Origin: Octopus sinensis | Lineage: Eukaryota | Reading direction: 5' to 3' | NCBI RefSeq assembly: GCF_006345805.1 | Contig: NC_043020.1 | Span: 22,568,001-22,632,000 of the forward strand | Length of the DNA stretch: 64,000 bases | Shown: piece after piece, positions 26,111 to 39,667 of the stretch | Layout: the number at the start of each line of letters is the position of its first letter | How positions within the stretch are numbered: the first letter of the stretch is position 1 | Program-made: the position numbers and the translations under genes | The notes under the pieces: model-generated | Told to the model about the DNA's origin: nothing | The model's input: the letters and a program-made list of their open reading frames with translations, nothing else | The model's database searches: none

Positions 26111-26518
26111 GTTATATTCCGAAATCACATTCAACTTTCTACAGATACCCTAGGGTAGCACTACTACACTACGTAGCGTTTATTTCTACCCACTTTCAAT
26201 AATTTTAATGTTTTGCCTTCAATTTTGTTTCATTTTATTTTCAATTATTTTTACACTTTTTTAAAACCCTTTCGTCGATATTCTCATTCACTCGTTATTA
26301 CTTTATAAATATATAGAGAGATAGATGGGGACATACATATTTAAACATATATATATGTATATATATATAAATAGATGAGTGTATTTTTACCTTGTTAACA
26401 ATTAACACGGAAAAATAAATAAATAGTTACCAGGGCAGCAAAAATCTCACAAGTAAAGGTGTTGTAACTCCTTGTTTATAAAGGTAGAAACTTCGTATTT
26501 ACGTTGAATATTTTATTC

Positions 26519-26575
<57 letters not shown>

Positions 26576-26576
26576 C

Positions 26577-27148
26577 GCGAGAAAGAAGCAACAAGAATGG
26601 ATAGGTTTTTAGTACGATCGTTTCATACAAGGACAGGTTTTATTAAAAGTTGCAAAGATTACAGCATATAAACGAGTCCCGTACTCATCAGCTAAAATAC
26701 ATGTGAGTTCTCTAGACATCCTAGTGTTTGAGGCTATACTCATGAAGTAATGTAGATAATTAAGTAACATAAACAGATTTCCAAAGTTCTTTAAAGTTCT
26801 TTAAAGAACTTTAATGAACTTTGGAAATCTGTTTATGTTACTTAATTATCTACATTACTTCATGAGTATAGCCTCAAACACTAGGATGTCTAGAGAACTC
26901 ACATGTATTTTAGCTGATGAGTACGGGACTCGTTTATATGCTGTAATCTTTGCAACTTTTAATAAAACCTGTCCTTGTATGAAACGATCGTACTAAAAAC
27001 CTATCCATTCTTGTTGCTTCTTTCTCGCTTATAATCACCCCGCATTACTGTATTGTTAAATCAGTATAGTTTTTTTTTGGTGCATCTAAGTTAGGTACCA
27101 TATTCAAGTAAATTCATTTAAATTAACTTGAATCTTTATTGCTCTTTT
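26577..27148 (+). mobile_element. Fold-back element: 452-bp spacerless palindrome (26577-27028) plus ~120-bp tail, within (TA)n; Penelope-like derivative
   Basis: The 226-bp arms are reverse complements with one mismatch seen (26790/26815); a hammerhead motif in each arm; microsatellite on both sides. Confidence 0.8.
26908..26998 (+). ncRNA. Hammerhead ribozyme (type I, canonical core); mirror copy on the minus strand at 26607-26697
   Basis: UUUUAG CUGAUGA GUACGGGAC..GUCCUUGUAU GAAAC GAUC GUA^CUAAAA: 6-bp stem I, ~9-bp stem II, palindromic stem III ACGAUCGU; predicted cut after 26992. Confidence 0.8.
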
Positions 27149-27731
27149 ATATATATATATATATACACTCACAAACACATATATCCAGTTAGAGGGGAAA
27201 ATCGGATCTTGTGAATTTTTCGAAGTCCTCTCCCCACAACTTGGTAAAGATTTTTCCGACAAATTTGTTTATAATCGTAATGTATGCCTTTTGAAAAGTA
27301 AAGCTCAGTTGTTGAGGTAAATGTAGAATTGTAGTAAACTTTCAGTCATATCTCTGCTTTTTAATCATCTTCAATAACTTAATCTGTTTCTCTGTCATTT
27401 CAGAATAACAGATGACATTGGCACTAAAGCTATAGCATCAATATGTATCAACATTTATTGACAAAAGGAAGATTTTATACAGAAGAACTTACAACTTCAT
27501 TGCAATAAATTTACTGAGAGTTAGTTCTTCGGAGTGAGACATTTCCAATCATTGCCAACAAGGTTCAGGAGATGATTTTATGTTCCATCTAAATTTGGAC
27601 AGATTTTCTAATGAATTTGCTACTGTTTTCTGATGCCAACAAAGATAACAATTGATGGAAATATTGCAGTATCATCAGTGCAGTAATAAATAGTGAAAAC
27701 TATATCAATATAATTGTTGTGTTAACGAAGA

Positions 27732-29282
27732 ATGGATTTTCCTGAAGAATTACCAAAGGAGGTGAGAAAATCGTCATACCCCTGTGATATCTGTCACAAG
27801 ACATTCTCTCTGAAAAGTACCCTTATTAATCATAAAATCATTCACACAGGAGAGAAACCATTTCAGTGTGATATCTGTGATAAATCATTCTCTCGATTAC
27901 AAACCTTAATTAATCACAAGCACATCCATACAGGTGAAAGGCCATATGGATGTGATACCTGTGGTAAATCATTCACTCTAAAAAATCACTTAGAAGATCA
28001 TAAACGTACTCATACAGGTGAAAAACCATATCCTTGTGATATCTGTGGTAAATCATTCACTGCAAAACGCACATTAACAGGACATAGACGTATCCATTCA
28101 GGAGAGAAAGTGCATAGCTGTGTTACCTGTAGTAAAACATTCACTCAAAAAAGTGACTTAGAAGATCATAAACTTACTCATACAGGTGAAGAACCATATC
28201 AGTGTGATACCTGTGATAAATCATTCTCTCGAATACAGGCCTTAATTACTCACAAACATATCCATACTAGAGAAAAGCCACGTAAAACCCATGGTAAGTC
28301 ATTGACTGTAAGACATCTCTTGGAAGATCATAAAGATATTCCTACAGGTGGAAAACCATATCAGTGTGATATCTGTGGTGAATCATTCTCTGCAAAACGC
28401 ACATTAACTGGACACAGACGTAAACATACAGGTGAGAAAGCGCATAAGTGTGATATTTGCGGTAAATCATTCTCCCGTACAGATCATTTAATTACTCACA
28501 AACGCATCCATACAGGTGAAAGGCCATATGAATGTAATATCTGTGGTAAATCATTCTCTCTAAGAGGTCACTTAGACAGTCACAAACGTACTCACACAGG
28601 TGAAAAACCATATCATTGTGGTATCTGTGATAAATCATTCTCTTGGACTGATGGCCTAACTCGACACATACGTAGTCACACAGGTGAGAAGCCATATCAG
28701 TGTAATATTTGTGGTGAATCCTTTTCAGACAAAGGTAATTTAGCTAAACACAAGTTTATTCATACAGGTGAGAAGTCATATCGCTGTGATATCTGTGGAA
28801 AATCATTCTTTCAAAAAGTGCATTTATATTCTCACATACGTATGCATACAGGAGAGAAACCATATCACTGTGATATCTGTGGAAAATCATTCTCTTATGG
28901 AACGGGATTAACTGTTCACAAACGTATTCACACAGGAGAAAAGCCATACAACTGTGATACCTGTGGTAAATCGTTTTCCCGAAGATCTGGCCTAATTAGC
29001 CATGTATATATTCATATAGGTGAGAAGCCATATCACTGTGATATCTGTGGTAAATCATTCTCTCTTAGTACTGTCTTAATTAGACACAAACGTATTCATA
29101 CAGGTGAGAAGTCATATCACTGTGATACCTGTGGAAAATCATTTTTGCGAAAAGCACATTTACTTTCTCACACACGTATTCATACTGGAGAGAAACCATA
29201 TCATTGTGATATCTGTGGTAAATCATTCTCTTATGGAAGAGGTTTAACCGTTCACAAACGTATTCACACAGAAGAACCATAG
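27732..29282 (+). CDS. Tandem C2H2 zinc-finger protein (ZNF gene 2), 516 aa, 17 intact + 1 degenerate finger, no KRAB/BTB
   Basis: Uninterrupted ORF of CxxC-x12-HxxxH repeats with TGEKP linkers; in-frame stop three codons upstream of the ATG. Confidence 0.95.
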   Translation: MDFPEELPKEVRKSSYPCDICHKTFSLKSTLINHKIIHTGEKPFQCDICDKSFSRLQTLINHKHIHTGERPYGCDTCGKSFTLKNHLEDHKRTHTGEKPYPCDICGKSFTAKRTLTGHRRIHSGEKVHSCVTCSKTFTQKSDLEDHKLTHTGEEPYQCDTCDKSFSRIQALITHKHIHTREKPRKTHGKSLTVRHLLEDHKDIPTGGKPYQCDICGESFSAKRTLTGHRRKHTGEKAHKCDICGKSFSRTDHLITHKRIHTGERPYECNICGKSFSLRGHLDSHKRTHTGEKPYHCGICDKSFSWTDGLTRHIRSHTGEKPYQCNICGESFSDKGNLAKHKFIHTGEKSYRCDICGKSFFQKVHLYSHIRMHTGEKPYHCDICGKSFSYGTGLTVHKRIHTGEKPYNCDTCGKSFSRRSGLISHVYIHIGEKPYHCDICGKSFSLSTVLIRHKRIHTGEKSYHCDTCGKSFLRKAHLLSHTRIHTGEKPYHCDICGKSFSYGRGLTVHKRIHTEEP

Positions 29283-31258
29283 AAGTATGGTAAATCATTT
29301 TCTCAAAGAGCTGGCCTAATTAACCATGTACCTATTCATACAGGTGAGAAGCCATATCACTGTGATAGATCATGCTCTCAAACAGGAGAGATGCCCTATC
29401 AGTGTGGTATTTGCAGTAAATATTTCTGTGAAAATAGTGATGTAACTAAGCACACTTGCATTCATACAACAGAATATATTTATTTCTTTACTACCCACAA
29501 GGGGTTAAACACAGAGGGGACTAACAAGGACGGAAAAATGGATTAAGTCGATTACATCAACCCCAGTGCGTAACTGGTACTTAATTTATCGACCCCGAAA
29601 GGATGAAAGGAAAAGTCGACCTCGGTGGAATTTGAATTCGGAACATAGCGGCAGACGAAATACCTATTTCTTTACTACCCACAAGGGGCTAAACACAGAG
29701 GGGACAAACAAGGACGGACAAATGGATTAAGTCGATTACATCAACACCAGTGCATAACTGGTACTTAATTTATCGACCCCGAAAGGATGAAAGGAAAAGT
29801 CGACCTTGGTGAAATTTGAACCCGGAACGTAACGGCAGACGAAATACGGCTATGTATTTCGGCCGGGGTGCTAACGTTTCTGCCAGCTCACCACCTTTAC
29901 AACAGAATATACCACTGTAGTATACATGGTACATGATCTATTATATAAAATAGACCTGTGTGTGTATTCACTTTTCCCACAAATTGGCTCCATACTTGGG
30001 ATGCATGAATAATTTGACCTCAGATACACAATAGGGTCTTCATTTTATTTTTCTATTAAAAATATTGTTTTATATATATATGATTCATTTCTTTAAAAAG
30101 GTTTTTCATCTTTAGCTTCCACATAGCAGCTACTTAAACAATATTAATTTGCTGCAGGCAGAATTTTCTGTTTACATTAAAATAGTCTCTCACTCTCTAT
30201 TTTAATGTTTTCATTCACTATTTGCTAACAACTATGATAAATTTCAGAAAGAAATATTTACTAAGCGAGATTTTTTTTTAAATTGAAGTTTTCAAGAAAA
30301 TTTGCTTTCTGAACTTCTTTTTATTATTGACTATTTCAAGTTCACAAATTTAAATAAAACAAGATAGTTTTTAACGAGCTTTTATTTATATAATTTTTTC
30401 ATTCATTGTTTGCAATCTTCTCTCCTCTGTCCAAAAAAATTTGTGAATTCTTTTGCTTGGACCCACATGCTTCGTTAATTTCCATAACAGTTTTTTATTT
30501 AATTACATGTTCAGCTCTATTTATTTGTAGTCAGTCACACATGTGTTTTTGTATGTACACTTATATACATTTGTGAGTGTGCATGAAAGAGGGAGAGAGA
30601 GTGTGTGTTGTGTGCGTAAAGGGTTGTGTTATATATACGTACATAAATACATATGAATACATCTTTTTTGTATGTGTGCATGTGAAAGAGAGAGAGTGAT
30701 GTCTAAGTGGTACTCTATCTCACACATGCACATACACATAGGCGCAGGAGTGGCTGTGTGGTAAGTAGCTTGCCTACCAACCACATGGTTCTGGGTTCAG
30801 TCCCACTGCGTGGCATCTTGGGAAAGTGTCTTCTGCTATAGCCCCGGGCCGACCAATGCCTTGTGAGTGGATTTGGTAGACGGAAACTGAAAGAAGCCTG
30901 TCGTATATATGTATATATATGTGTGTGTTTGTGTGTCTGTGTTTGTCCCCCTAGCATTGCTTGACAACCGATACTGGTGTGTTTACGTCCCCGTAACTTA
31001 GCGGTTCGGCAAAAGAGACCGATAGAATAAGTCCCGGGTTCGATTTGCTCGACTAAAGGCGGTGCTCCAGCATGGCCACAGTCAAATGACTGAAACAAGT
31101 AAAAGGGTAAAAGAGAGAGATATACAAAAAAGATGTATGCATATTTACGTATGTACATATATACATTACAAAACACCCCCTTCACTCTCTCCCTTTCTCA
31201 CACATCCATTTCATATACACATACATCTTTCACTTTAAAACAAAAGTAAATAAACATT

Positions 31259-31560
31259 GTAAAGTATACTAGCCATCTCAATATGGCTAACCACTAGGGG
31301 TTGGTGTTACTGTAGCTTTTTAGCCCCAGGAGATCATTGTCTCCAGCTGGCTTTAGACACAATTTCTGTGCTCTTATGATATTTGCCCTTATCATAAGGG
31401 CACAGAAATTGTGTCTAAAGCCAGCTGGAGACAATGATCTCCTGGGGCTAAAAAGCTACAGTAACACCAACCCCTAGTGGTTAGCCATATTGAGATGGCT
31501 AGTATACTTTACGTTGTTGAGCGCTTACTGTTTACATCTCGCTCAGAAATTTATTATTGC
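31259..31560 (+). mobile_element. Fold-back insert: 123-bp inverted arms, 8-nt spacer, 48-bp tail, 12-bp TSD
   Basis: Arms 31259-31381/31390-31512 (one mismatch seen); TSD TAAATAAACATT at 31247 and 31561. Confidence 0.85.
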
Positions 31561-34135
31561 TAAATAAACATTTTTTTATGGAAATTAACGAACAAAACCA
31601 GCTGTTCATTTTGGCATTTCTGCCTGTTCAACTGAAAGAATTAATGCAGCACCCGGGGTAAGTCTATCCTTGAATTTGTTCTACAGGAATTGTAAAAAGC
31701 TGTTGATATTCGTTATTTGTTCCTGTTTAAGTGAAACTGTGCAGATGTTGGTATCTGAACTGGTTGCAACCATGTTGGGACAAGACACACATGTAGATGT
31801 GTGTATACAAGAAGGGCTGTTAAACATGAAGATTGGAAGAGAATCTTCCCTATGTGAATCCAACAAAGGGACCAAGTATCCTAGTTGACAGCAGTATGAT
31901 AGATAAGGCAATTAAAGGTATGAACACAAGGAAAGCCCCTGGTCCACAAGGAGTCACTACTGAAATGCTTAAAAATATCTGGTAGAGTAGGATATGGTCT
32001 TCTCACCTGCATAGTTGTTCAGGAAGGCATTAGTTCCAGAGACTGGTGTAATATCATCATAGCAGCTACAAGGCCTTAGAAGTAATTATGGCAGCATCAA
32101 ATTGCTGGACCAGGTAAGTTGTGAGAGTTACAGCCTAATTAAGTAGTCTATAAAGAATGCAGTGTGGCTTTGTGCCTGGGAGAAGCACCCTGCTGGTTAT
32201 TTTCAGAGGCAACTGCGAGAGAAGTATTTAGCTAAGAAGCTATTGTACTTGGCATTTGCTGATCCGGAGAAAGCCTTCAACAGACTGCCTTGCTCTTTAA
32301 TGTGGTCTTATCTGAAACTAGGAATATATTTCTTTACTACCCACAAGGGGATAAACATAGAGGGGACAAACAAGGACAGACAAAGGGATTAAGTCAATTA
32401 CATCGACCCCAGTGTGTAACTGGTAGTTAATTTATCGACCATGAAAGGTAAAGTCGACCTCGGCAGAATTTGAAATCAGAACGTAAAGACAGACGAAATA
32501 CCTATTTCTTTACTACCCACAAGGGTGCTAAACACAGAGAGGACAAACAAAGGGATTAAGTCGATTACATCGACCCCAGTGCGTAACTGGTACTTAATTT
32601 ATCGACCCCAAAAGGATGAAAGGCAAAGTCGACCTCGGCGGAATTTGAACTTGGAACGTAACGACAGACGAAATACGGCTACGCATCTTGCCTGGCGTGC
32701 TAACATTTCTGCCAGTTCACCGCCTAACTAGGAAACTAGGGATAGGTAAATGATTTGTGAAAGCAGTACAGGCCATCTACAGGAATGCAGTTAGTAAGGT
32801 AAGATTTAGCTACCATCACCATGATAATTTGAGTATTCAGGTAGGTGTTCAAGGCTTGGTCCTCAGGCCTCCACATATTCATCATCATCTTCCAGGCCAT
32901 AATAGGAATTTAAGACTGGGTTGCCCAATAGAACTATTGTATATTGATGATGTTAGTCTGGTAGCAGAATCTGTAACAACTGGAAAAGAAATACCAGATG
33001 TGGAAACAAAACCTAGAATCAAAGGGCCCTAAAATTAACTTAATAAAAGACCAAAGTCTTAGAAAGAAAGAAAATGGACAAGATGTATAACATAAGGTAT
33101 ACATCTTTAATGATTCATTTCACTTTACTCTTCGATATAATTTACCTTTCGCCATACCCACACAATGGTGTCACCGTTATGAAACCAGGATTTTTTATAC
33201 TTGAAGAATTTCAGCATTGGTTTGGAGCCTGACAATGTTGATAGCCCAAAACTCGGGTTGAGTACTTCTCTGGAAATACCCTATCTGTATACCCTACAAG
33301 GACCTAAGATAACTTAAGATATATATGCTTATATGTGTAAGTGTGCACGTACGTATGTATCGAAACAATGAATGATTATAAAACTCTAAAACGGTTGTTA
33401 TCAAAGTTTTGTTGCCGAGCAATTAAATCAGAGGAGTGGAATACAGAAAAAGGATCTTTTCAATCTGAGCGACAGATTTTTTAATTATTATTTTTTTTTA
33501 ACTAAAAACTTTGAAACTTCGGGTACTGGTAGAATGTGTCACACAGAACAGGGTTTACTCTTAACGTTTTTGACAAAATTTTTTATTTTTAGAAGTCATT
33601 TCGTGTTAAAGTTGTCGTATTTCGGTAATTTCAACCAATCAGTGATGTGTATTCAACTGAAGAAAATTACTGCTGCTGTTTGCAAACAACAACTTCTGGG
33701 TCCACTCCCCTAACAAAACCCTTCTTTAATAACCAGAGGTGTTTTTATAGCAACATAGTTTTGCTGTATTAGGGGTCATTTGAGGCTAAATAACAAAATT
33801 ATTACTGAGACAGACCAACGACGGAGCCTGCTAGAAAAAGTAGCTAGACAGAAATTTCCGTCTTCAAGAAAAAAAAATGCAAGTTTATATTATTTTATAA
33901 GGGAATCCCAATATTTGGAATATGGATACTTGCCATCTTTTATTCTTTCAACTTTTTTTTAACTTTAGCTTCATCATTCAGTGAAGAATATTGTTTTAAC
34001 CACAGGATATCTCTGATTGTAATGGGTCTGTGAGAAAAGGCGTTCCAGCCATGACATTTTGTCTTATTCTTTTCTAGAAGTAATGAATTCCTAAGCGAAC
34101 ATTATAGAATAATGTAAACTTGCATTATTATTTTT

Positions 34136-34287
34136 GGCGATCCTTCGGTATAGGTACCGGAAGTGGCTTTGTTTACATTTCTGAAGATAACAGAAACCCT
34201 TTTCTCCCACCCCTAACCCTCCATATATATATATATAAAAAAAACACTTTCTTGAAATGTATCCGGTACCTATACCGAAGTTACGCC
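34136..34287. mobile_element. Short MITE, TIR GGCGATCCTTCGGTATAGGTAC; second copy 44506-44663
   Basis: Inverted ends, two ~155-bp copies; near-identical 8-bp flanks TTATTTTT/TTATTTAT in the first copy. Confidence 0.75.
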
Positions 34288-34628
34288 TTATTTATTTTTT
34301 TTTCTTGGAGACGAAAATTTCATTTTTCTTTTTGTCAGGAAGATTTGGTTGCTCTTTCTAGCAACTCGAGCGACCAGGTAAAGACTCTCTCGTTGCCTCG
34401 TCTCGTTCCCTCGTCTCGTTCCCTCGTCTCGTTCCCTTCGTCTCTTGTTGTTTAGTCCCGAGTTGGATCTGATCGAACAGATATGATTAAAGACCATTCC
34501 GTCTTTCTGTGACCATTCCGTCTTTCTTCCCAGACATAATGGACTCTACGTGTATATCTGTCGGTCAGATTGAAAAGATCCGAAACACCGAATGTTCCCT
34601 TTGACATTGTTGGTGTAATATTTGTGAT

Positions 34629-34833
34629 CGAAAGTGCGGCTGGAGACGAAGTCAGCTTCACTCGTTCGTAGTAATAGGTCAAGGGGTCATTGTTGAAGGA
34701 ATAAGGAACTCCTGGAATGTCAGTGTAGAATGAGATCGATAAAACATTGGTAAACCTCATTCTAAGAAAATATTCACTTTGATAAAAAAGGTATAACATA
34801 TTGGTTAAGTGTTTGCATTTGAAAAAGGTAAGT
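34629..34833 (+). promoter_or_regulatory. Putative promoter / non-coding exon 1 of ZNF gene 3, donor GT at 34828
   Basis: Conserved motif and donor; acceptor at 37151-37152. Confidence 0.65.
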
Positions 34834-37458
34834 TGATAAATGTTCATTTCAATGGTGTAATAATAATATATGTAAATGATAGACCTGTGTTTCACTTGGA
34901 GGATAACGTAATTATATTGAAAGGAAAACATGTAACAATTGGGGGAAAAAAAAGCCATCTTTCGTTTTGACTTGCGGAAATATCATTGTCGTTCTCTCTC
35001 GCTTTCTTTCTCTCACTTTCTCTCACGCACGCACATGCACACAAATACAAAATAGATTTATATATATATATGTATTTAGGTACAAAAAATTCAGGGTGAA
35101 TACTTGATAATTGTAAGCACCTGTATATGCCAGCTAGTGGTATAGGTGATAGGATATATGTATCAAAAGAAAAACAGGACGCAAAGGATTTTGCGGTACA
35201 TATGTTTCTGGCTTTATTGAACAATTTATATCAGTGCATAATTGATATAACAGATAGGTCAAAAGCCTTCTTCAGCCGCGTACAATTACCACACCAAAGA
35301 CATGTATTACATTATAGCAGGTTTGGGAAAAAACCGAGTTTCATTGGGAAAGTAAGTCCTCATAGGCGTATATGGCATTGCGAGACACCAAAACAAAACG
35401 TCCATACCGTTTTTTCACTCAATAAAGAAAATATGTATTTATGTATATGAAAGATAATGGGTGTTTATGTGTGACTGAACACGGCGCTCGTGCTGCATGT
35501 TAAGAACGGACCCTAGCCACTTATACATACATGCAAAAAGATACATGACAATACACACCTTCATCTATTCATTCATTCATTCTCACACACACACACGTTC
35601 TTGTCATATACACGTACATACATTTCGCTTCGCATTCTACTCGCTTTCACTTTCTGCTCTCACTTCAAAGTAAATATCGCCTTCTACACGTCATGAAAAC
35701 AAGAGTAAAAAATTTTTATGGAAATTAAGGAACAAAAGCAGCTGATCCAAATGTCAGTTGTGCAAGTCAAGACGAAGGATGACCGAAAAAGACATTTCTT
35801 TCAGAAAACACAGCGACGTCAGTAAAAGATATTTCTTTTAAGAATACTAATTATTTTGGACTGGAAATAAATAACAAGTTTGTGAAAAAACAATTCGGTC
35901 ACCAAAACAAACAAACAAATAAATAAAGTGTAATAGGTGTTAAAAAAAAAATGTGTATTAAAAACGAATATACAAGATCCGAGTTTTCCCCTCATAACTT
36001 TTAGGAAAATGGATATCTTTTATTGAAATTTTATATAAATACCTTTCAAACGGCACAGATTGCGATTATAAAGAAATTTAGGAGAAATTTATTTATCGTT
36101 TGAGTAATAGAAAAAGGTTTTTAAAAAATATCCCAACAGTGGAGATGTGCTAAAAACAACTGCTAAATCGCCCTTAACTTTTTTTTTCCATAGTGAAACC
36201 GTATTCAACACCTTATTTATGAATCTGTTTCTCTCACCATGACAACAAGAAAAAATGATTACAAAAATAGCGATTCTCACTTTGAAAGTAACATCATCAT
36301 CATCATCATCATCATCATCGTTTAGCGTCCGTTTTCCATGCTAGCATGGGTTGGACGGTTCTACTGGGGTCTGTGAAGCCAGAAGGCTTCATCAGGCCCA
36401 GTCAAATCTGGCAGTGTTTCTACGGCTGGATGCCCTTCCTAACGCCAACCACTCCGTGAGTGTAGTGGGTGCTTTTTACGTGCCACCCGCACAGATGCCA
36501 GACAGAGCTGGCAAACGGCCACGAACGGATGGTGCTTTTTATGTGCCACCGGCACGAGGGCCAGGCGAGACTGGCAACGGACACGAAACGGGGCGGTGCT
36601 GGCAACGAATTGTAAAAAAAACTTTTTAGATTACGGAACAGCCTGCTCTCACGTATCCATGATTAAAATTTCAGCGCAATCGGATGAACAATACTTGAGT
36701 TATAAGCACACAAACAGACAGACAGAATGGAATTTGTATATTAAGATATATACATATATATATATCCTGGTTGAAGTGAAATAAAGTAGTGGCATCACAA
36801 ACAGAATACTAAATGAGGAGAATATCCTTGATATGGACACTGGGAACAATGTACTCGTATGGATTTAGTAAAGGATTCAGTTCCAAATTCTCAGAATGTA
36901 ACTGAATATCAGAGACGGCCTAAAGATACAATGACTGAAATCACTTGTTCATATATGCGTAATCATTATTGTTTGTTGTAATATTGGTAATGTTTCATAA
37001 CCTGAAGGTGTATTTGTATTTAGTAAATGTGTTAACAAATTCAAAAGTAAAGTTCAGTTGTTGAGGTGAATGTAGAATTGTAGTAAACTTTCAGTCATAT
37101 CTCTGCTTTTTAATCTTCTTCAATATCTTACACTGTTTCTCTGTCATTTCAGAATATCAGATGACATTGGCATTAAAGCTATAGCATCAATATGTATCAA
37201 CATTTATTGACAAAAGGAAGATTTTATACAGAAGAACTTACAACTTCATTGCAATAAATTTACTGAGAGTTAGTTCTTCGGAGTGAGACATTTCCAATCA
37301 TTGCCTACAAGGTGCAGGAGATTTTCTAATGAACTTCCTACTGTTTTCCAATGCCAACAAAGATAACGATTGATGGAGATATTGCAGTAGAAGGATTTTC
37401 ATCAGTGCAGTAATAAATAGTGAAAACTATATCAATATAATTGTTGTGTTAACGAAGA

Positions 37459-39012
37459 ATGGATTTTCCTGAAGAATTACCAAAGGAGGTGAGAAAATCG
37501 TCATACCCCTGTGATATCTGTCACAAGACATTCTCTCTGAAAAGTACCCTTATTAATCATAAAATTATTCACACAGGAGAGAAACCATTTCAGTGTGATA
37601 TCTGTGATAAATCATTCTCTCGATTACAAACCTTAATTAATCACAAGCACATCCATACAGGTGAAAGGCCATATGGATGTGATACCTGTGGTAAATCATT
37701 CACCCTAAAAAATCACTTAGAAGATCATAAACGTACTCATACAGGTGAAAAACCATATCCTTGTGATAACTGTGGTAAATCATTTGCAGCAAAACGCACA
37801 TTAACAGGACATAGACGTATCCATTCAGGAGAGAAAGTGCATAGCTGTGTTACCTGTAGTAAAACATTCACTCAAAAAAGTGACTTAGAAGATCATAAAC
37901 TTACTCATACAGGTGAAAAATCATATCAGTGTGATACCTGTGGTAAATCATTTGCTACGAAAAGCACGTTAACAGGACACAGGTGTATACATGTAGGAGA
38001 GAAAGCGCATAACTGTGATATTTGTGGTAAATCATTTTCCCGTGCACATCATTTAATTACTCACAAACACACCCATACAGGAGAAGGGCCACATGGATGT
38101 GATACCTGTGGTAAATCATTCACTCAAAAAAGTCACTTAGCAGATCATAAGCATACTCATACAGGTGAAAAACCATATCAGTGTGATACCTGTGGTAAAT
38201 CATTTGCTGCAAAAGTCACATTAAAAGGACATAAACGTATCCATACAGGTGAGAAAGCGCATAGGTGTGATATCTGTGGTAAATCATTCTCCCGTACTCA
38301 TGATTTAATTATCCACAAACGCATCCATACAGGTGAAAGGCCATATGGATGTGATATCTGCGGTCAATCATTCACTCTAAAAAGTCACTTGAAAGATCAT
38401 AAACGTACTCATACAGGTGATAAGCCATATCACTGTGATACCTGTGGTAAATCATTCTCTCAGACTTATAGCCTAACTCGCCACATACGTATTCATACAG
38501 GTGAGAAACCATATCAGTGTGACATTTGTGGTGAATCATTCTCAGACAGAGGTAATCTAACTAAACACAAGTTTATTCATACAGGTGAGAAGTCGTATCG
38601 CTGTGATATCTGTGGAAAATCATTCTTTCAAAAAGTACATTTACTTTCTCACATACGTATACATACAGGAGAGAAACCATATCACTGTGATATCTGTGGT
38701 AAATCATTCTCTTATGGAACAGGATTAACTGTTCACAAACGTATTCACACAGGAGAAAAGCCATACAACTGTGATACCTGTGGTAAATTGTTTTCTCAAA
38801 GATCTGGCCTAATTAGCCATGTACATATTCATACAGGTGAGAAGCCATATCACTGTGATATCTGTGGAAAATCATTCTCTCAAAGCTCTGTCTTAATTAG
38901 ACACAAAATTATTCATACAGGTAAGAAGCCATGTCACTGTAATATCTGTGGTAAATCATTCTCGCTAAAAATTCAGTTAAGTAAACACAAATACTCTCAT
39001 ACTGGACAGTAG
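37459..39012 (+). CDS. Tandem C2H2 zinc-finger protein (ZNF gene 3), 517 aa, 18 fingers
   Basis: Intact ORF; first five fingers almost identical to gene 2. Confidence 0.95.
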   Translation: MDFPEELPKEVRKSSYPCDICHKTFSLKSTLINHKIIHTGEKPFQCDICDKSFSRLQTLINHKHIHTGERPYGCDTCGKSFTLKNHLEDHKRTHTGEKPYPCDNCGKSFAAKRTLTGHRRIHSGEKVHSCVTCSKTFTQKSDLEDHKLTHTGEKSYQCDTCGKSFATKSTLTGHRCIHVGEKAHNCDICGKSFSRAHHLITHKHTHTGEGPHGCDTCGKSFTQKSHLADHKHTHTGEKPYQCDTCGKSFAAKVTLKGHKRIHTGEKAHRCDICGKSFSRTHDLIIHKRIHTGERPYGCDICGQSFTLKSHLKDHKRTHTGDKPYHCDTCGKSFSQTYSLTRHIRIHTGEKPYQCDICGESFSDRGNLTKHKFIHTGEKSYRCDICGKSFFQKVHLLSHIRIHTGEKPYHCDICGKSFSYGTGLTVHKRIHTGEKPYNCDTCGKLFSQRSGLISHVHIHTGEKPYHCDICGKSFSQSSVLIRHKIIHTGKKPCHCNICGKSFSLKIQLSKHKYSHTGQ

Positions 39013-39120
39013 CCGTATCACTGTGATGTCTGTGATAGATCATTCTCTCAAACAAGGCAGATACCCTATCTGTGATATTTGCAGTAGAAATACTGATGTA
39101 GCTAAGCCAACTGCATTCAT

Positions 39121-39419
39121 AGTGGAGGCATATAGCCTAGTGGTTAGAGCAGCGGACTCGCGGTCGAGAGATCGTATGTTCGAATCTCAGACCGGGCGAT
39201 GTGTGTGTTTATGAGCGAAAACACCTAAGCTCCACGCGGCTCTGGCAGAAGGTAATGGCGAACTTCTGCTGACCCTTTCGCCACAACTTTCTCTCACTCT
39301 TTCCTCCTGCATCTTGCAGCTCACCTGCGACGGACCGGCGTCCTGTCCAGGTGGGGAACCTATACGCCAAGGAAACTGGCCCTTATGTGCCAGGCATGGC
39401 TCGAGAAGAAACAAACTAT
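39121..39419 (+). mobile_element. tRNA-derived SINE (family D); second copy ~56052-56317(-), related element ~18275-18510
   Basis: A box TAGCCTAGTGG, B box GTTCGAATC; 12-bp TSD AACTGCATTCAT (39109/39420). Confidence 0.85.
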
Positions 39420-39448
39420 AACTGCATTCATGATATGTCAGTCATTAA

Positions 39449-39667
39449 CCCTTTAGTATTTAAACCGGCTATATCCGGCCAAAATATTTAATCTGTTTTA
39501 TGTTCAAACCGACCAGATCCAGGCCCTCACACCTACCCTACAATGTTATTCTACATTAGGTAATTACACCATCAAGATCTTGAAGATATGAGATAATGCA
39601 TGATTTATTCAAATCAATGTGAATCAATAAGCATTATGTTTGATAGAATAATCAGAACACTAAAGGG
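39449..39667. mobile_element. piggyBac-like MITE; second copy 46651-46869
   Basis: TTAA|CCCTTTAG ... CTAAAGGG|TTAA; two 219-bp copies. Confidence 0.75.

Noticed and set aside
28492-29298. Antisense ORFs over the ZNF genes (also 38573, 47851, 48610)
   Set aside because: Shadow frames of the periodic finger repeat
31433-31485. ATGA-N12-AAA, SECIS-like spacing
   Set aside because: No 3' GA for the quartet and a poor helix II
33227-33266. TTGAAGA-hairpin-CAAAAC-TCGG-GTT, possible decayed hammerhead
   Set aside because: Two core positions are wrong and stem I is unclear
39124-39195. tRNA-like sequence
   Set aside because: Head of a SINE with body, tail and TSD; acceptor stem not intact
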